DNA of 56,184 bases. Source: a virus. Its lineage: Duplodnaviria; Caudoviricetes. Position 1 is the first letter of the stretch, and each line of letters begins with the position of its first letter. Positions 55,591-56,184 of the stretch are shown here, in pieces. The translations under genes were made by a program, and so were the position numbers. The DNA lies in the IMG/VR virus record IMGVR_UViG_3300042566_000389, positions 1 through 56,184 of that record; one strand, given 5' to 3'. The notes under the pieces are model-generated. The model ran no database searches and was not told the DNA's origin. It saw nothing but the letters and a program-made list of their open reading frames with translations.

Positions 55591-55619
55591 TTGCACAAAA
55601 GAATCAACCCGGCTAATAT
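55591..55619 (+). promoter_or_regulatory. PR-like promoter with operator
   Basis: TTGCAC-17-TAATAT; ATCAAC-CCG-GCTAAT at 55603-55617. Confidence 0.65.
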
Positions 55620-55883
55620 TCAATCATCACGCGAATATGTGATTGCGGATACAACTGAACGGGTAACTCCTTAACAACGGGTGAGACGGTAGCGGTGTAA
55701 TCCAAAGAGCCTCACTACTGGGATGTGAACGTAGGAAGAGAGGCGAGCGGTGGGGAAGGCAGACCGCTTACGTGAATGACTGCCGGGTGCTAAGAGACTC
55801 AGGGTGAGAACTCCAGCTGAACGTCTGCTCACGGTTAACCCGTGGGATAGACAGGGGTGCGTCCAGATCTAGCGTGATGTGGT

Positions 55884-55930
55884 TAAACAGAGTGAACAGT
55901 AAACAGAGTGACAGATAAAGAGTGACAGTA
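55884..55930 (+). repeat. Three imperfect iteron-like direct repeats
   Basis: TAAACAGAGTGAACAG / TAAACAGAGTGACAG / ATAAAGAGTGACAG followed by an A-rich tract. Confidence 0.7.
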
Positions 55931-55951
55931 AGGGAATAGAAACAAAAACAA

Positions 55952-56184
55952 ATAGGTTGAAGTCGCGAACTGGATGACACCGAGAAATAAACATAGTGAC
56001 TAAGGGTTAACCCTATTGTTATTGTGTGTGCAATAAAGTATCATAACAACTTATAACATATCAATGAAGGGTATCAATGGCAACTTGGGCGGAACTCGGT
56101 ATTGACTTGCGCGGACATTCATCCGGCGAGGTTAAGACTATTTGCCCGAAGTGTTCGCATACCCGCACCAAGAAATCCTATCCA
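55952..56184. repeat. Terminal direct repeat, right copy
   Basis: Copy of 1-233 with one mismatch. Confidence 0.95.

Noticed and set aside
55952-56184. Physical T7-like terminal repeat
   Set aside because: The repeat truncates the primase gene; more likely a circular assembly overlap

Overview
The window is an apparently complete temperate podovirus genome of about 55,951 bp. Bases 55952-56184 repeat bases 1-233 with one mismatch, so the contig is circular. The host is Gram-negative (Rz/Rz1 spanins, IHF site), plausibly a freshwater betaproteobacterium, which is inference only. Modules in order: (1) rightward replication/nin-like operon with Twinkle-like primase-helicase, DUF1364-like nuclease, Ntn-hydrolase-like protein, resolvase and Q-like regulator (126-4676); (2) a 6.7-kb leftward accessory operon of small acidic or membrane ORFs ending in an amidoligase + class II glutamine amidotransferase pair, punctuated by related RNA hairpins (4780-11503); (3) a palindrome-rich non-coding switch region, a tRNA(CAT) and a DUF2325-like gene; (4) packaging, head, adaptor, fibre, lysis, nozzle and ejection genes, including a 3065-aa polyvalent protein (13183-46085); (5) a leftward arm with MazG, attP (3' half of tRNA-Thr CGT), tyrosine integrase, DUF5664, Xis, exonuclease, an Acb4/gp49-like sponge, SSB-like, ERF and a CI-like repressor. 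The most unusual signals are a shared ADGG peptide tag on four virion proteins, a structured non-coding leader with iteron-like repeats where cro or an initiator would be expected, twin structured RNA units upstream of the Acb4-like gene, and covarying hairpins flanking an unannotated 49-aa acidic ORF. All protein family calls are by motif recognition, with no database search.
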